NCBI GenBank assembly: GCA_963695545.1
Contig: OY968796.1
Location: 544,001-608,000, forward strand
Direction: 5' to 3'
Length of the DNA: 64,000 nt
Origin: Terriglobia bacterium
GTDB taxonomy: Bacteria > Acidobacteriota > Terriglobia > Acidiferrales > UBA7541
In this document: piece after piece, positions 29,946 through 39,481 of the stretch
Numbering within the stretch: position 1 is the stretch's first letter
Layout of the letters: each line of letters starts with the position of its first letter
Notes under the pieces: model-generated
The model's input: the letters and a program-made list of their open reading frames with translations, nothing else
Database searches by the model: none
What the model was told of the DNA's origin: nothing
Translations under genes and position numbers: made by a program

Positions 29946-31730
29946 CTACGCGAGCCTCTCCCCTTCCTCGATGGACGAGAGAAGGCGTTTCACCGTAATT
30001 CCCAAATTCACCGCGGTTTCCGTGTCCTTCACGCTCTTGGCTTGCTCCGCGCGGCCTTGCAGATAATTGATTTCGTTGCGAGCGAGCGTTAGCGCGGATT
30101 GCAGCGCCTCCGAATCTCCCGCGCTGCGGCAAGCGTCGCGAGCGGTGCCCAACATGGCGCGCGCGACGACCGCGCGGCGGAAATCCTCGGAATAAGGACC
30201 GCTTTCGCTTACGAACGCGGCGACTTCCCAAGAGGAAATCAAGAAGCGGGTTTCGCCAAGCGCGATCGTGGCCATGGAGCGACCGCGGCCGGGCGGCGTC
30301 TCGATAAGCTGCTCCCAGATTTTCTCCAGGCAATTTTCCAACTCCGATTGCGAGGGCGCGGCGACGGCAGTTCTCCGGAATATCGACGTCGCGGCCGATG
30401 CCGCGTCTTTGGCCGCGGATTCCACTGGTTGCGCGCCTTCCGCGGTGGCTGGCGTTGATTCGCGATCCGCTGCGTTGGGCGTGTCCTCCAGGCCCGAAGA
30501 CTCTGCGAGCGAAGGTTTCACACGATCGTTCGGATCGATGGGACTTTGCATGATCCCTAAGTCTGAAATGTCGATTTCGACCGGCGACCGTTCGGCTGGC
30601 AGCGCGCCCGGCACAGCGATGGGCACGCCGAATAATTCGTCGGGCGCTTGCTCGCGTGCCGCGGGGATTTGCACGGAATCATCCGAACGGAAGGTCCACT
30701 GCTTCAGCAGCGCTTCTTCAACATCTGCACGTAGCGCCAACAACTGCTCGAGCGATCGGGCTGCGGAGGCCTGGGCGTAGTCGAGGTGCAACGGCGGCTT
30801 CCATTCATTGCAGAAGGAAATCAGATCCTCGGTGGGCTCGGCTGACGACATGCCCGCGCGCCGGCAATCGAGCGTGGCAATCCCGGCGGCGCTCAATTGG
30901 GCAAGGTTTTCCCGAAGGGCCTTCACATCTTCATGCATGAGACGAATGAACGCGCGGCGAATCACGAAATTGAAATGGCAAAATGCGAGTTCCGCGGAGG
31001 GGTCGTAACCCTGATTCCGTCCGGATTCTTTCAGGAGGCGGCCTTTCTCAATGCAGCCGCTCTCGAACAAATCCCGCAAGCTGTGCAATTGCGGCAGTGC
31101 TTCGAGAATTTCGCCCAAGGGCTCGTACCAGGAGGGCGGTGGAGCATTCACGTCGCCCAAGATGGGCTTCAGCACTTCGGCGACTTCTTCGAGCGTGAGC
31201 GTCTTGCTGAGCATGGCCGGCGGCGCGCAGAGCGCGAAATACTGCGCCATGAGAAAGTCGAGTTTGTCCTGATCGGCGGTGACGCTGTGCTTTTCGAGGT
31301 GATGTGCGATGAGGGCGCGTAAGGGTTCCTCGCGCACTTTGAACGAGCCGGAAAAAAGTTGGCGCAGTTGGTGCGGGCGAATCTGCTGGTCGAGCTCTTC
31401 GAGCCATTCGGCAAGTTTTTGCGCGGCCTCGGCGGAAAGTTCGTCCTCGGGAAGCTCGCCATCGCCGCAGGGCGGCGGCGCGAGATCGAATTTTCTTGAG
31501 AGGGCAATGTAAGTGGGGTAAAGCAGGCGCGCCTCTTCCCATCGGCTGTTCGGGTCGGCCTGGGAAAAACCACGGTCTTCGGTCGCTTGACCCGGCGCTG
31601 TCGGTTTGGTTCGTGGAGACACTTGTGAAACTCCAGTACGTCCTGATCGGCCCGAACTTCGGGCCTCGCCTATAGACAACAGCACGACCAGCGCCACAAT
31701 TTGCGGCAAGGAGGTGCCGCCAAACGACAC
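29946..31730 (-). CDS. Hypothetical alpha-helical protein in the chemosensory cluster
   Basis: 594-codon ORF co-oriented with the cluster; start uncertain. Confidence 0.78.
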   Translation of the reverse strand: MSFGGTSLPQIVALVVLLSIGEARSSGRSGRTGVSQVSPRTKPTAPGQATEDRGFSQADPNSRWEEARLLYPTYIALSRKFDLAPPPCGDGELPEDELSAEAAQKLAEWLEELDQQIRPHQLRQLFSGSFKVREEPLRALIAHHLEKHSVTADQDKLDFLMAQYFALCAPPAMLSKTLTLEEVAEVLKPILGDVNAPPPSWYEPLGEILEALPQLHSLRDLFESGCIEKGRLLKESGRNQGYDPSAELAFCHFNFVIRRAFIRLMHEDVKALRENLAQLSAAGIATLDCRRAGMSSAEPTEDLISFCNEWKPPLHLDYAQASAARSLEQLLALRADVEEALLKQWTFRSDDSVQIPAAREQAPDELFGVPIAVPGALPAERSPVEIDISDLGIMQSPIDPNDRVKPSLAESSGLEDTPNAADRESTPATAEGAQPVESAAKDAASAATSIFRRTAVAAPSQSELENCLEKIWEQLIETPPGRGRSMATIALGETRFLISSWEVAAFVSESGPYSEDFRRAVVARAMLGTARDACRSAGDSEALQSALTLARNEINYLQGRAEQAKSVKDTETAVNLGITVKRLLSSIEEGERLA

Positions 31731-31837
31731 ATATGCAGGGAGTTAGGGGCGCGCGCAAATCGCGGCGGAAGGCCGCGTCTCAGGCTGATACAAAACCATC
31801 TCACGTCTAGCAGGGCGGGCGGCGGCCGGGAGTTGCT

Positions 31838-33244
31838 TCAATATGTTGAGGATTTCGACTCGATTTCGATTTCGACGGGTTTTTGGCCAATTCCGAACTG
31901 TTTCAACTTGCGATAGATCGTCGCGCGGCTGATGCCGAGCGTTTTTGCGGCGAGAGCTTTGTCGCCACGGGCCTGCTCGTAGACGCGCTCGATCGTGGCA
32001 CGCTCGAGGTCGGCGAGCGCGGTTGAGGTGAGTGCGGCACCGCCGGCGGCGAATGCGTCGGATTGGGCCGCGCCGGCGATGGTGGGCGGAAGGTCGCACA
32101 CGTCGATGGTTTCGCGGCCGCCGAGCGTGAGCGCGCGAGCGATGCAATTTTCGAGCTCGCGAATGTTTCCGGGCCAATCGTACTGCAAGAGACACTTCAT
32201 GGCCGCCGGCGTGACGTGGATGCTTTCGCCCGAAGCGTAGCGCTCGAGAAAACAATGCACGAGCAGCGGAATATCCGAGCGGCGCTCGCGCAGCGACGGC
32301 AAGTGGATGGTGACGACGTTCAGACGGAAATAGAGATCTTTGCGGAAAGTGCCCGCCTGATAGGCTGCTTCAAGATCGCGATTGGTGGCCGCGATGATGC
32401 GGGCGTTCACGGAAATTTTTTGGTTGCTGCCGACGGGACGAATTTCTTTTTCCTGAAGGGCGCGCAGAAGCTTGGCTTGCATTTCAAGCGGCAATTCGCC
32501 GACTTCGTCGAAGAATATGGTGCCGCCCTGCGCAGCCTGAAACAGTCCTGGCTTCGATTTCAGGGCGCCGGTGAACGCGCCCTTTTCGTAGCCGAACAAT
32601 TCGCTTTCAATCAGGGTGGGCACGAGCGAGCCGCAATCCACAGCGACGAACGGCATGCGCGCAAGCGGGCCTTGAAAATGAATCGCGCGCGCGACCAACT
32701 CTTTGCCTGTGCCGCTTTCGCCGCTGATGAGCGCGGATGTGCGCGCGTCTTTCAAACGCGAAATCATGCGCAGAACATCCTGGATTCGCGCGGAGGTGCC
32801 GACGATGCCTTCGAGTTGAGATTTCACATCCACGCGCTCGCGCAGGAATTGGTTCTCGGTTACCAGGCGCACTTTTTCCGCCATGCGCTGCAGGAGTTGG
32901 CGCAGATTTTCCACGCGGAACGGCTTCTCGATGTAGTCGTAGGCGCCGAGCTTCATGGCTTCGACGGCGGACTCAATCGATCCATAGCCGGTCATGACCG
33001 CGGTCTCGGTCCGCGGGAGCATGGCCTTGATCTTCGGCAATAATTCGACGCCGGACATATAGGGCAGCTTCAAATCCGTGATGACGATATCCGCCGAGCT
33101 GCTCTCGAGACACGCGAGCGCGGCTTCGCCGCTCTCCGCTTCGAGACAGGAGAGGCCGAGCGATGAACCGACCGTCATGCAAAGACGGCGAATGCTGCGC
33201 TCGTCGTCGACCACCAGAAAGCGGAGTGTGGGTTCGCCGCTCAT
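31838..33244 (-). CDS. sigma54-dependent NtrC-family response regulator (receiver, AAA+, Fis-HTH)
   Basis: ITDLKLP, GESGTGKE, ESELFGYEKGAFTGA, FFDEVGE, WPGNIRELEN, LGISRATIYRKL. Confidence 0.96.
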   Translation of the reverse strand: MSGEPTLRFLVVDDERSIRRLCMTVGSSLGLSCLEAESGEAALACLESSSADIVITDLKLPYMSGVELLPKIKAMLPRTETAVMTGYGSIESAVEAMKLGAYDYIEKPFRVENLRQLLQRMAEKVRLVTENQFLRERVDVKSQLEGIVGTSARIQDVLRMISRLKDARTSALISGESGTGKELVARAIHFQGPLARMPFVAVDCGSLVPTLIESELFGYEKGAFTGALKSKPGLFQAAQGGTIFFDEVGELPLEMQAKLLRALQEKEIRPVGSNQKISVNARIIAATNRDLEAAYQAGTFRKDLYFRLNVVTIHLPSLRERRSDIPLLVHCFLERYASGESIHVTPAAMKCLLQYDWPGNIRELENCIARALTLGGRETIDVCDLPPTIAGAAQSDAFAAGGAALTSTALADLERATIERVYEQARGDKALAAKTLGISRATIYRKLKQFGIGQKPVEIEIESKSSTY

Positions 33245-35241
33245 AACCGGCCGCCCCTGGTTTGCGGGGCAAGATCCGCCGCGCGAGAATCTTCCGGCTC
33301 GGGATTCTCAGCCGCCTTCGAGAGCGGCAATCGCACGTGGAACGCGCAACCGATGCCGCCAGCGTTGTTCTCGCAGAAAATCTCACCGCCATGGGCGTGG
33401 AGGATCCCGTAGCAGATGCTAAGGCCCAGGCCTGTGCCTTTTCCGGCTGCCTTAGTGCTGTAGAACGGATCGAAAACGGAATCCATGTTTGCGATTCCCG
33501 GGCCATTGTCGCGGAATACGATTTCCACCGCGTCGTTCGCGCGCACAGTTTCGATTTCGATGCGCCCTTGGCGCGGGGTCTCGCGGACCGCATCGAAAGC
33601 GTTGTTGATAATGTTCAGGAAGACTTGCTGCAATTGTTGCGCGTCGCCGACGATGCCTTCGAGGCTTTCCTCCAGGCGCAAATCGACGCTAACGCCGTGC
33701 GACTCAAAATCGCGCGCACGCAGTTGCAGCGTTTGCCGCAGAATGGACGCCACGTCTACAGTTTTGCTGTGAACCGGCGCCGGACGCGCACATTGCAGCA
33801 GATTTTCCACGATGGCTTTGGTGCGCTGCGCTTCTCGATGAATCAATTCGAGATCTTCGCGCGCGTTCGGTGGAATGCCCGGATTCTCGAGAAGCAGATC
33901 GGAGAATCCCAGAATCGCAGCGAGCGGGTTGTTCACTTCGTGCGCGACGCCTGCTACCAATTGGCCGACAGCTGCCATCTTTCCGGCCTGCGCAAGCTTC
34001 GCGCGCAAGACGCCGGCCTCCGTGATGTCTGCGACGGAACCCACGATCGCGCGGGCGTGGCCCTCTTCGTCACGCAGCGGACTTAGGTTCAGCGAGTAGC
34101 GGCGCGTTCCGCCGTCGCTGCGGCGCAGAGGCAGTTCGAGATTCCAGATGTGTTCGCCCGCGCGCGCGGATTCGATCGCCGCGGCCAGCGTGGCGCGCCG
34201 CTCGACAGGAACCAGGCGCGCGAGTGGCTTGCCGCGCAATTCGGAATCGCGCTCGAGACCCAGCATTTCGACGAACGCGCGATTGATCTCGAGGATTTCG
34301 CCATCGAGATTTGAAAAGAAAAGGCCTTCCTGGATGCTCTCGAACAATTCACGGTAGCGGCGTTCGGCTTCGCGCTGACCGGTCATATCTTTCAGCACAT
34401 GAATCGTGCGCCCTGCGGTTTGCGCGCTTTCCTCCACGCGCGAAGTGGTGAGAAGGTAGGAGCGGCCGCGCGCGATTAACAAACGTTCGGCGCCGCGTTC
34501 TGTATCCGAGAAGCACAGAGGACATTCAGCGGCATCGCGCCGCGCGCCCAAGCCATCGAGCGAACTCATCGGCGTGCCGACAAGTTCCGCCGGAGATTTG
34601 CCGAAGAAATTTGCGAGCGTGCGATTCAGACGCAACAAGCAATTCCGCGAATCGTGAACCGCGATTAAATCCGTGATGGCGTCGAAATCCTGAACCCATT
34701 GCTTTTTGGATCGCTCGATCCAGGAAAGCAGGGCCGCGTTCTGCACCAGGCTGCCGGCCAGCGCGGCGACCGCGGCGAATTCATTCGCCTGTGATTCCGA
34801 AAATGCCGAACCCGCGTCGCGATGAAACGCCAGCGCAATCCCCACGCGGCCTTCCTCGCCGCCGAAAGGCGCCGCGACGATGGCGCGCGCATGCAGCAGC
34901 TCACCGCCGGAGGAAATCGGCGCCGACCAGCCGTTGATCCATGCCGCTTTTTGCGAGCGAAGAGCGTCCCGCACCACCGGCAGGCGACCCAGCGGGAGAC
35001 GACCGGGACTTGCGGAATCCGGCGGTCGTCCACTGACTTCCAACACGCGAAATTCATCCGCGGAAATCGCTTCGGCGCAGATCACACCGCTGGCCTCGAG
35101 CCAGTTCTTCATGGATCGGCAGAACTCGCGATACAGGCCAGCTTTGTCTTTGCCGCGCGCAGAGCTGGCGAAACTCGCCAGAAAGCTCGCGAACGAGCGC
35201 TCGGGTTGGGCGATGGGCGAGTTGGGGTCGATGGCAGACAC
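33241..35241 (-). CDS. Cytoplasmic GAF-PAS-PAS sensor histidine kinase
   Basis: VAHEVNNPL H-box, QVFLNIINNA, DNGPGI, FDPFYSTK, GTGLGL; no TM; ATGA coupling to the regulator. Confidence 0.94.
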   Translation of the reverse strand: MSAIDPNSPIAQPERSFASFLASFASSARGKDKAGLYREFCRSMKNWLEASGVICAEAISADEFRVLEVSGRPPDSASPGRLPLGRLPVVRDALRSQKAAWINGWSAPISSGGELLHARAIVAAPFGGEEGRVGIALAFHRDAGSAFSESQANEFAAVAALAGSLVQNAALLSWIERSKKQWVQDFDAITDLIAVHDSRNCLLRLNRTLANFFGKSPAELVGTPMSSLDGLGARRDAAECPLCFSDTERGAERLLIARGRSYLLTTSRVEESAQTAGRTIHVLKDMTGQREAERRYRELFESIQEGLFFSNLDGEILEINRAFVEMLGLERDSELRGKPLARLVPVERRATLAAAIESARAGEHIWNLELPLRRSDGGTRRYSLNLSPLRDEEGHARAIVGSVADITEAGVLRAKLAQAGKMAAVGQLVAGVAHEVNNPLAAILGFSDLLLENPGIPPNAREDLELIHREAQRTKAIVENLLQCARPAPVHSKTVDVASILRQTLQLRARDFESHGVSVDLRLEESLEGIVGDAQQLQQVFLNIINNAFDAVRETPRQGRIEIETVRANDAVEIVFRDNGPGIANMDSVFDPFYSTKAAGKGTGLGLSICYGILHAHGGEIFCENNAGGIGCAFHVRLPLSKAAENPEPEDSRAADLAPQTRGGRL

Positions 35242-35263
35242 AGTTGATCAAGCGTCGTGCGCA

Positions 35264-35380
35264 GTTTCGTCTTGAGACAGTCACGTTATCGGGCTGTCTC
35301 AAAATGGGTCAATGGGCCGCCGGTTTAGCGGTGCCGTAATCGCCATTCGCAGCATGGGCATGGGCGTCTCGCAGTGAGAC
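35264..35380. promoter_or_regulatory. Three GTCTC-N5-GAGAC-like palindromes, putative enhancer (UAS) sites
   Basis: GTTTCgtcttGAGAC (35264), GTCTCaaaatGGGTC (35296), GTCTCgcagtGAGAC (35366). Confidence 0.6.
35283..35312 (-). promoter_or_regulatory. Putative sigma70 promoter of the kinase/activator operon
   Basis: TTGACC-18 nt-TAACGT on the minus strand, overlapped by the 35296 palindrome. Confidence 0.45.
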
Positions 35381-35527
35381 GGAACTGGCAGGGAAAGGTG
35401 TGTACTGAGATTCGGGCCGGAGGCGGCTTCCCGATCGGGCGGCCCGCACTACACCGTAAACCATGTATTATCATATATATATGGGATTATTCGGTCGTCA
35501 AATACTCCTCCTCGATGGGCCTATCTC

Positions 35528-35543
35528 TGGTACTGCCCGTGCA
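35528..35543 (+). promoter_or_regulatory. Putative sigma54 (-24/-12) promoter
   Basis: TGGTAC-TGCCC-GTGCA, exact GG-N10-GC spacing, ending 32 nt before the ATG at 35576; AT-rich tract at 35458-35491 upstream. Confidence 0.62.
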
Positions 35544-35575
35544 ACCTTCTACTGGGACGGAGGAGGAATCCGTGC

Positions 35576-35935
35576 ATGCTGACCAGACTTAGGGATACAG
35601 GACTTGCTTTGTTGCTATCTATTTCAGCCGTCGGCGTCCTTCCGCACCGGGCCATGGCGCAGGATGCCGCGCAACAGACGGAGTCCAAAAGAAAAGTGAA
35701 GAAAGAAGTTCAGCCGACTTATCCCGACATCGCCAAGCGAATTAACCTCACCGGCAAGGTCAAGTTACAAGTGGTGGTGAACACCGCGGGCCATGTGACC
35801 AGCACCAAAGTGCTTGGCGGAAACCCCGTGCTCGCGAACGCGGCGGAGCAGGCCGCGAAAGCGTGGGCCTGGGAGCCGAGCCCGAGCGAGACCACGGAAC
35901 TTGTGGAATTCGATTTCACCGGAGCGTCGAACTGA
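35576..35935 (+). CDS. Exported stand-alone TonB C-terminal domain protein
   Basis: Signal peptide ending AMA-Q; QPTYPDIAKRINLTGKVKLQVVVNTAGHVTSTKVLGGNPVLANAAEQAAKAWAWEP; GGAGGAGG SD. Confidence 0.88.
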   Translation: MLTRLRDTGLALLLSISAVGVLPHRAMAQDAAQQTESKRKVKKEVQPTYPDIAKRINLTGKVKLQVVVNTAGHVTSTKVLGGNPVLANAAEQAAKAWAWEPSPSETTELVEFDFTGASN

Positions 35936-35992
35936 GCGCTCTCGGAAAAATAAACTGGCGCTAATCGCGCAGCGACGCCGGAGGCATTGGCG

Positions 35993-38017
35993 ATGAAGAT
36001 CGCACCCACGATTGGAAAAAAGCTCTACCTAGGATTTGGAGCCGTGCTCACCATACTCGTGTTTCTGTTTGTGGTGAGCTTGTCGGCGATCTTGCGCGAA
36101 CGCCAGGAGCAATCCGCGGCAGCCGACGCGCTGTCCGGCGTGCAAATCATCGAATCCGCGCGCTACCAGATTATGCAGAACCGGCTCGCGCTCTCGGACT
36201 ACTTGCTGAGCGGCGACACTCACGAACGCGAGACCGTAAATCAGGGAATCAGCGACCTCGACGAACTCCTGCGCAAGGGCCAGAGCAGCACCACGGATCA
36301 GGATCTCGCGAGCGCGCTCGAGCGCGTGGAAAGAAACGAGCAGGACTGGGCCGATCAGTTCGCGAAGCCACTCATAGACAAACGCCAACAAGTGGATGCG
36401 GGCAACTCCACTGTTGCCGATCTCCAGGTTTTTTATCTTGAGAAGGATCCTGCGACTTGGGTGACGCGCTCTTCCGAGATTCTCGATAGCGCGAACGACG
36501 AGATCAAAAAAACGCTCGATGATTCTTCCGCCTCCGCGACGCGCACGACAACCGTGACCGTCGTCGTGGATATTGTAGGCGTGCTGCTCGCGATCGGACT
36601 TGGGATGGCGATTGCGTTCTACACCGCGCGCTCGGTTACCGTGCCGCTCGACAAAATGATCGCCGTCGCTTGCGACATTTCGGAATCCGGCGACCTCAAT
36701 CAGAAAATTGATCTAAGCCGCGACGATGAAATCGGTTCGCTCGCGCGCGCGTTTCACGATTTGGTCGAGTATCTCAAGGAAATATCGCGCGTCTCGGCAG
36801 CCATCGCTCGCGGCGATCTGACGGTGGAAGGCCGGCCGCGTTCCGAACACGACACGCTGGCGAAGGCGTTCAGCGAAATGGTTCAGGGCCTGCGTTCGAT
36901 CGTGCGGCAAGTGCGCGACGGCGCGTCTCAAGTCGCGGCGGGATCGGAGCAAGTGGCGTCGGCTTCCGATGAATCCGCCAAGATCAGCGTGCAAACATCT
37001 TCGGCCATCGATGAAGTGACGAGCACGATGCACGAGATGAGCGTCAACGTGCAAAACGTTGTGAAGAACACGCAAAGCCAGGCTTCCAGCGTCGCCGAAA
37101 CTTCCGCTTCGATCGATCAGATGGTCGCATCCATTACGCACGTCGCCGACACGGCTAAATTCCTGCTCGACATCTCGCAGAAGTCGCGCGAGGAAGTGCA
37201 GTCCGGCATGACCGCGATGCAGAAAACCACCGAAGGATTGAATCGCACCAACAAGACGATTCACACCTCTTCCGGAATCATTGTGGCGCTCGGCCGCCGC
37301 GCCGACGACATCGGCAAGATCATCGAGGTGATCGACGACCTCGCCGAGCAAACCAACCTCCTCGCGCTGAACGCCGCGATCGAGGCCGCCCGCGCGGGTG
37401 AGCATGGCCTGGGTTTCGCCGTCGTTGCGGACGAAGTGCGCAAGCTTGCGGAAAAATCCGCGCAGTCCACGAAAGAAATCTCAGAACTCATCGAAAGCAT
37501 TCAGAAGGAATCTCGTGAGGCAGTGGAGAACATGGAGCGCAGCACCGCCGCCGTCGAAGAAGGTCTGACCATGGGCACCGACCTGCAATCGGCGCTCGGG
37601 CGCATTTCGGCGGTGGTCACGGAAGTGCACAAACTCGCGCAGGAAATCGGCGCGGCCACATCCGAGCAGTCCAACGGCTCGTCGCAAATCGCGCGAGCCA
37701 CTTCACGGCTGACGGAAATCACGCAGGAGATCAATTCTTCGGTGGAAGAGCAGGCTTCGGGAGCGCAGGTGGTGGTTCGCGCGATGGAAAAAATGCGGGA
37801 GCTCGTGCAGCAATCCACCTCAAGCTCGACGGAGCTGGCCGCCGCCTCCGAGCAGATGTCCAAGCTCGCACGCGGCCTGCTGGAATCCATGGATCGCTTC
37901 GCGCTTGAAGAGGGCCAGGGCTCGGCGTTGCGCGGCGCGAAATCCGAGCGTGCCCAAAAGGGCGGGGAGCGGTCGCGTTCGTCTTCTCACGACTACGCTG
38001 AGTTGGTGCGCTCCTGA
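35993..38017 (+). CDS. Methyl-accepting chemotaxis protein with periplasmic helical sensor domain
   Basis: TM1, about 160-aa periplasmic region, TM2, two HAMP domains, [34 protein letters not shown]. Confidence 0.96.
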   Translation: MKIAPTIGKKLYLGFGAVLTILVFLFVVSLSAILRERQEQSAAADALSGVQIIESARYQIMQNRLALSDYLLSGDTHERETVNQGISDLDELLRKGQSSTTDQDLASALERVERNEQDWADQFAKPLIDKRQQVDAGNSTVADLQVFYLEKDPATWVTRSSEILDSANDEIKKTLDDSSASATRTTTVTVVVDIVGVLLAIGLGMAIAFYTARSVTVPLDKMIAVACDISESGDLNQKIDLSRDDEIGSLARAFHDLVEYLKEISRVSAAIARGDLTVEGRPRSEHDTLAKAFSEMVQGLRSIVRQVRDGASQVAAGSEQVASASDESAKISVQTSSAIDEVTSTMHEMSVNVQNVVKNTQSQASSVAETSASIDQMVASITHVADTAKFLLDISQKSREEVQSGMTAMQKTTEGLNRTNKTIHTSSGIIVALGRRADDIGKIIEVIDDLAEQTNLLALNAAIEAARAGEHGLGFAVVADEVRKLAEKSAQSTKEISELIESIQKESREAVENMERSTAAVEEGLTMGTDLQSALGRISAVVTEVHKLAQEIGAATSEQSNGSSQIARATSRLTEITQEINSSVEEQASGAQVVVRAMEKMRELVQQSTSSSTELAAASEQMSKLARGLLESMDRFALEEGQGSALRGAKSERAQKGGERSRSSSHDYAELVRS

Positions 38018-38044
38018 AGGCCCGCGGAGCCATCGGAATGAATC

Positions 38045-38521
38045 ATGAATAAGGATTTGCAGGTCGTTGGGTTTCGCGTGGGTGAGGAAACGTTTGGGCT
38101 GCCCATCTCGGCGGTGCGGGAGATCGTGCGCGTGCCGGAAATCACTGCAGTCCCGAGCGCTCCGGCGCACATCGAAGGCGTAATCAACCTGCGCGGGCGA
38201 ATCGTGTTCGTGGTGGATTTGCGAAAGCGCTTCGGCCGATCGGACGTAACGCCGAGCAAGAAAAATCGCATTCTGGTTGTCGAACTCGAGGAACGGATCA
38301 TCGGCCTGATCGTGAATTCGGCTTCCGAGGTGCTGAAGATTCCTCCCTCCGAGATTGAAACTCCGGCGGGCCTGTTTCAAGACGACGGCCCGCACTACGT
38401 TACCGGAGTCGGAAAGCTCAAGGGACGATTGGTGCTCATGCTCGATCTCCACAAAATTCTGAAAGGCGGCGAGCTCGGCGCTCTGGACGAATTTACGCGA
38501 GCTGCCGAGGTTCGCGCGTAG
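38045..38521 (+). CDS. cheW: CheW protein
   Basis: FGLPISAVREIVR.PEITAVPSAPAHIEGVINLRGRI. Confidence 0.95.
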   Translation: MNKDLQVVGFRVGEETFGLPISAVREIVRVPEITAVPSAPAHIEGVINLRGRIVFVVDLRKRFGRSDVTPSKKNRILVVELEERIIGLIVNSASEVLKIPPSEIETPAGLFQDDGPHYVTGVGKLKGRLVLMLDLHKILKGGELGALDEFTRAAEVRA

Positions 38522-38575
38522 TAACAACGCCCGATGTCCGGGCGCGCAATTCCGGTGAGAGACGTTCGAGACGCC

Positions 38576-39481
38576 ATGAGCACATTGGCCACGCCGATTA
38601 CGCTGACCGAAGCGGAACTGAAGCTGCTCCAGACGCTCGTCTACCAGGAATGTGGAATGTATTTCGACGAGCGGCGCGCCCATTTCCTGCGCGACCGTCT
38701 GCAGCGCAGATTAAAAGCCTGCCAGATCGATTCGTTCTACAGTTACTACCGGCTGCTCACCAGCCACGAGGGCAAACAGGAGTTGAGCGCGCTGCTCGAA
38801 AATCTCACGGTCAATGAGACCAGCTTCTTCCGCAATCGCCCGCAACTCGAGCTGTTCCAGAAAACAATTCTCGAAGACCTGCTGAAGCACAAACAAGCGA
38901 GGCGCGATTGGACATTGCGCGTGTGGAGCGCGGGCTGCTCGACGGGCCAGGAGCCTTACTCCGTGGCAATTCTGATTTGCGACGCGCTGGCCTACTACTA
39001 TCTCCGCAATCCACTGCCGTTCGATATGCCGTCGCCCAAGCCGTTGATTCCGCCGCCTTGGCGCGTGGAGATCCTCGCGTCGGACATTACTTATTCCGGC
39101 ATGCGTGTCGCACAGGACGCGGTCTACACCGAATCGCAGATGGAGCCGGTGGACTACACGTGCCGCCTGCGCTATTTCGAGAAAATCACGGATCGTTATG
39201 CCGTGAAGAAATCGCTGAAGGAATTGGTGCAATTCGATTTTCACAATTTGAAGACGGAATTCCTGCCGCAAGGCAACGACATCATTTTCTGCCGCAACGT
39301 GATGATTTATTTCGACGAAGCGGAACAAAAACGCCTGGTGGAAAAGTTATATCGGTGCCTAAATCCCAACGGCTATCTGTTCGTGGGCCACGCGGAAAGC
39401 CTTTTCGGTCTCTCGAAGCAATTCCGCATGATTCATCAGAACAACGGCACGGCCTACCAGCGATTGGAGCCGGACCTGTGA
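38576..39481 (+). CDS. cheR: Protein-glutamate O-methyltransferase
   Basis: TVNETSFFRN, VWSAGCSTGQEPYS, IFCRNVMIYF, VGHAESL. Start 38534 or 38576. Confidence 0.95.
   Translation: MSTLATPITLTEAELKLLQTLVYQECGMYFDERRAHFLRDRLQRRLKACQIDSFYSYYRLLTSHEGKQELSALLENLTVNETSFFRNRPQLELFQKTILEDLLKHKQARRDWTLRVWSAGCSTGQEPYSVAILICDALAYYYLRNPLPFDMPSPKPLIPPPWRVEILASDITYSGMRVAQDAVYTESQMEPVDYTCRLRYFEKITDRYAVKKSLKELVQFDFHNLKTEFLPQGNDIIFCRNVMIYFDEAEQKRLVEKLYRCLNPNGYLFVGHAESLFGLSKQFRMIHQNNGTAYQRLEPDL

Noticed and set aside
35386..35401. TGGCAG... as a sigma54 promoter
   Set aside because: No GC at the -12 position; the 35528 element fits better.
38908..39477. Long N-terminal extension of cheA
   Set aside because: Out-of-frame overlap with cheR; the GTG at 39478 gives a normal Hpt start.
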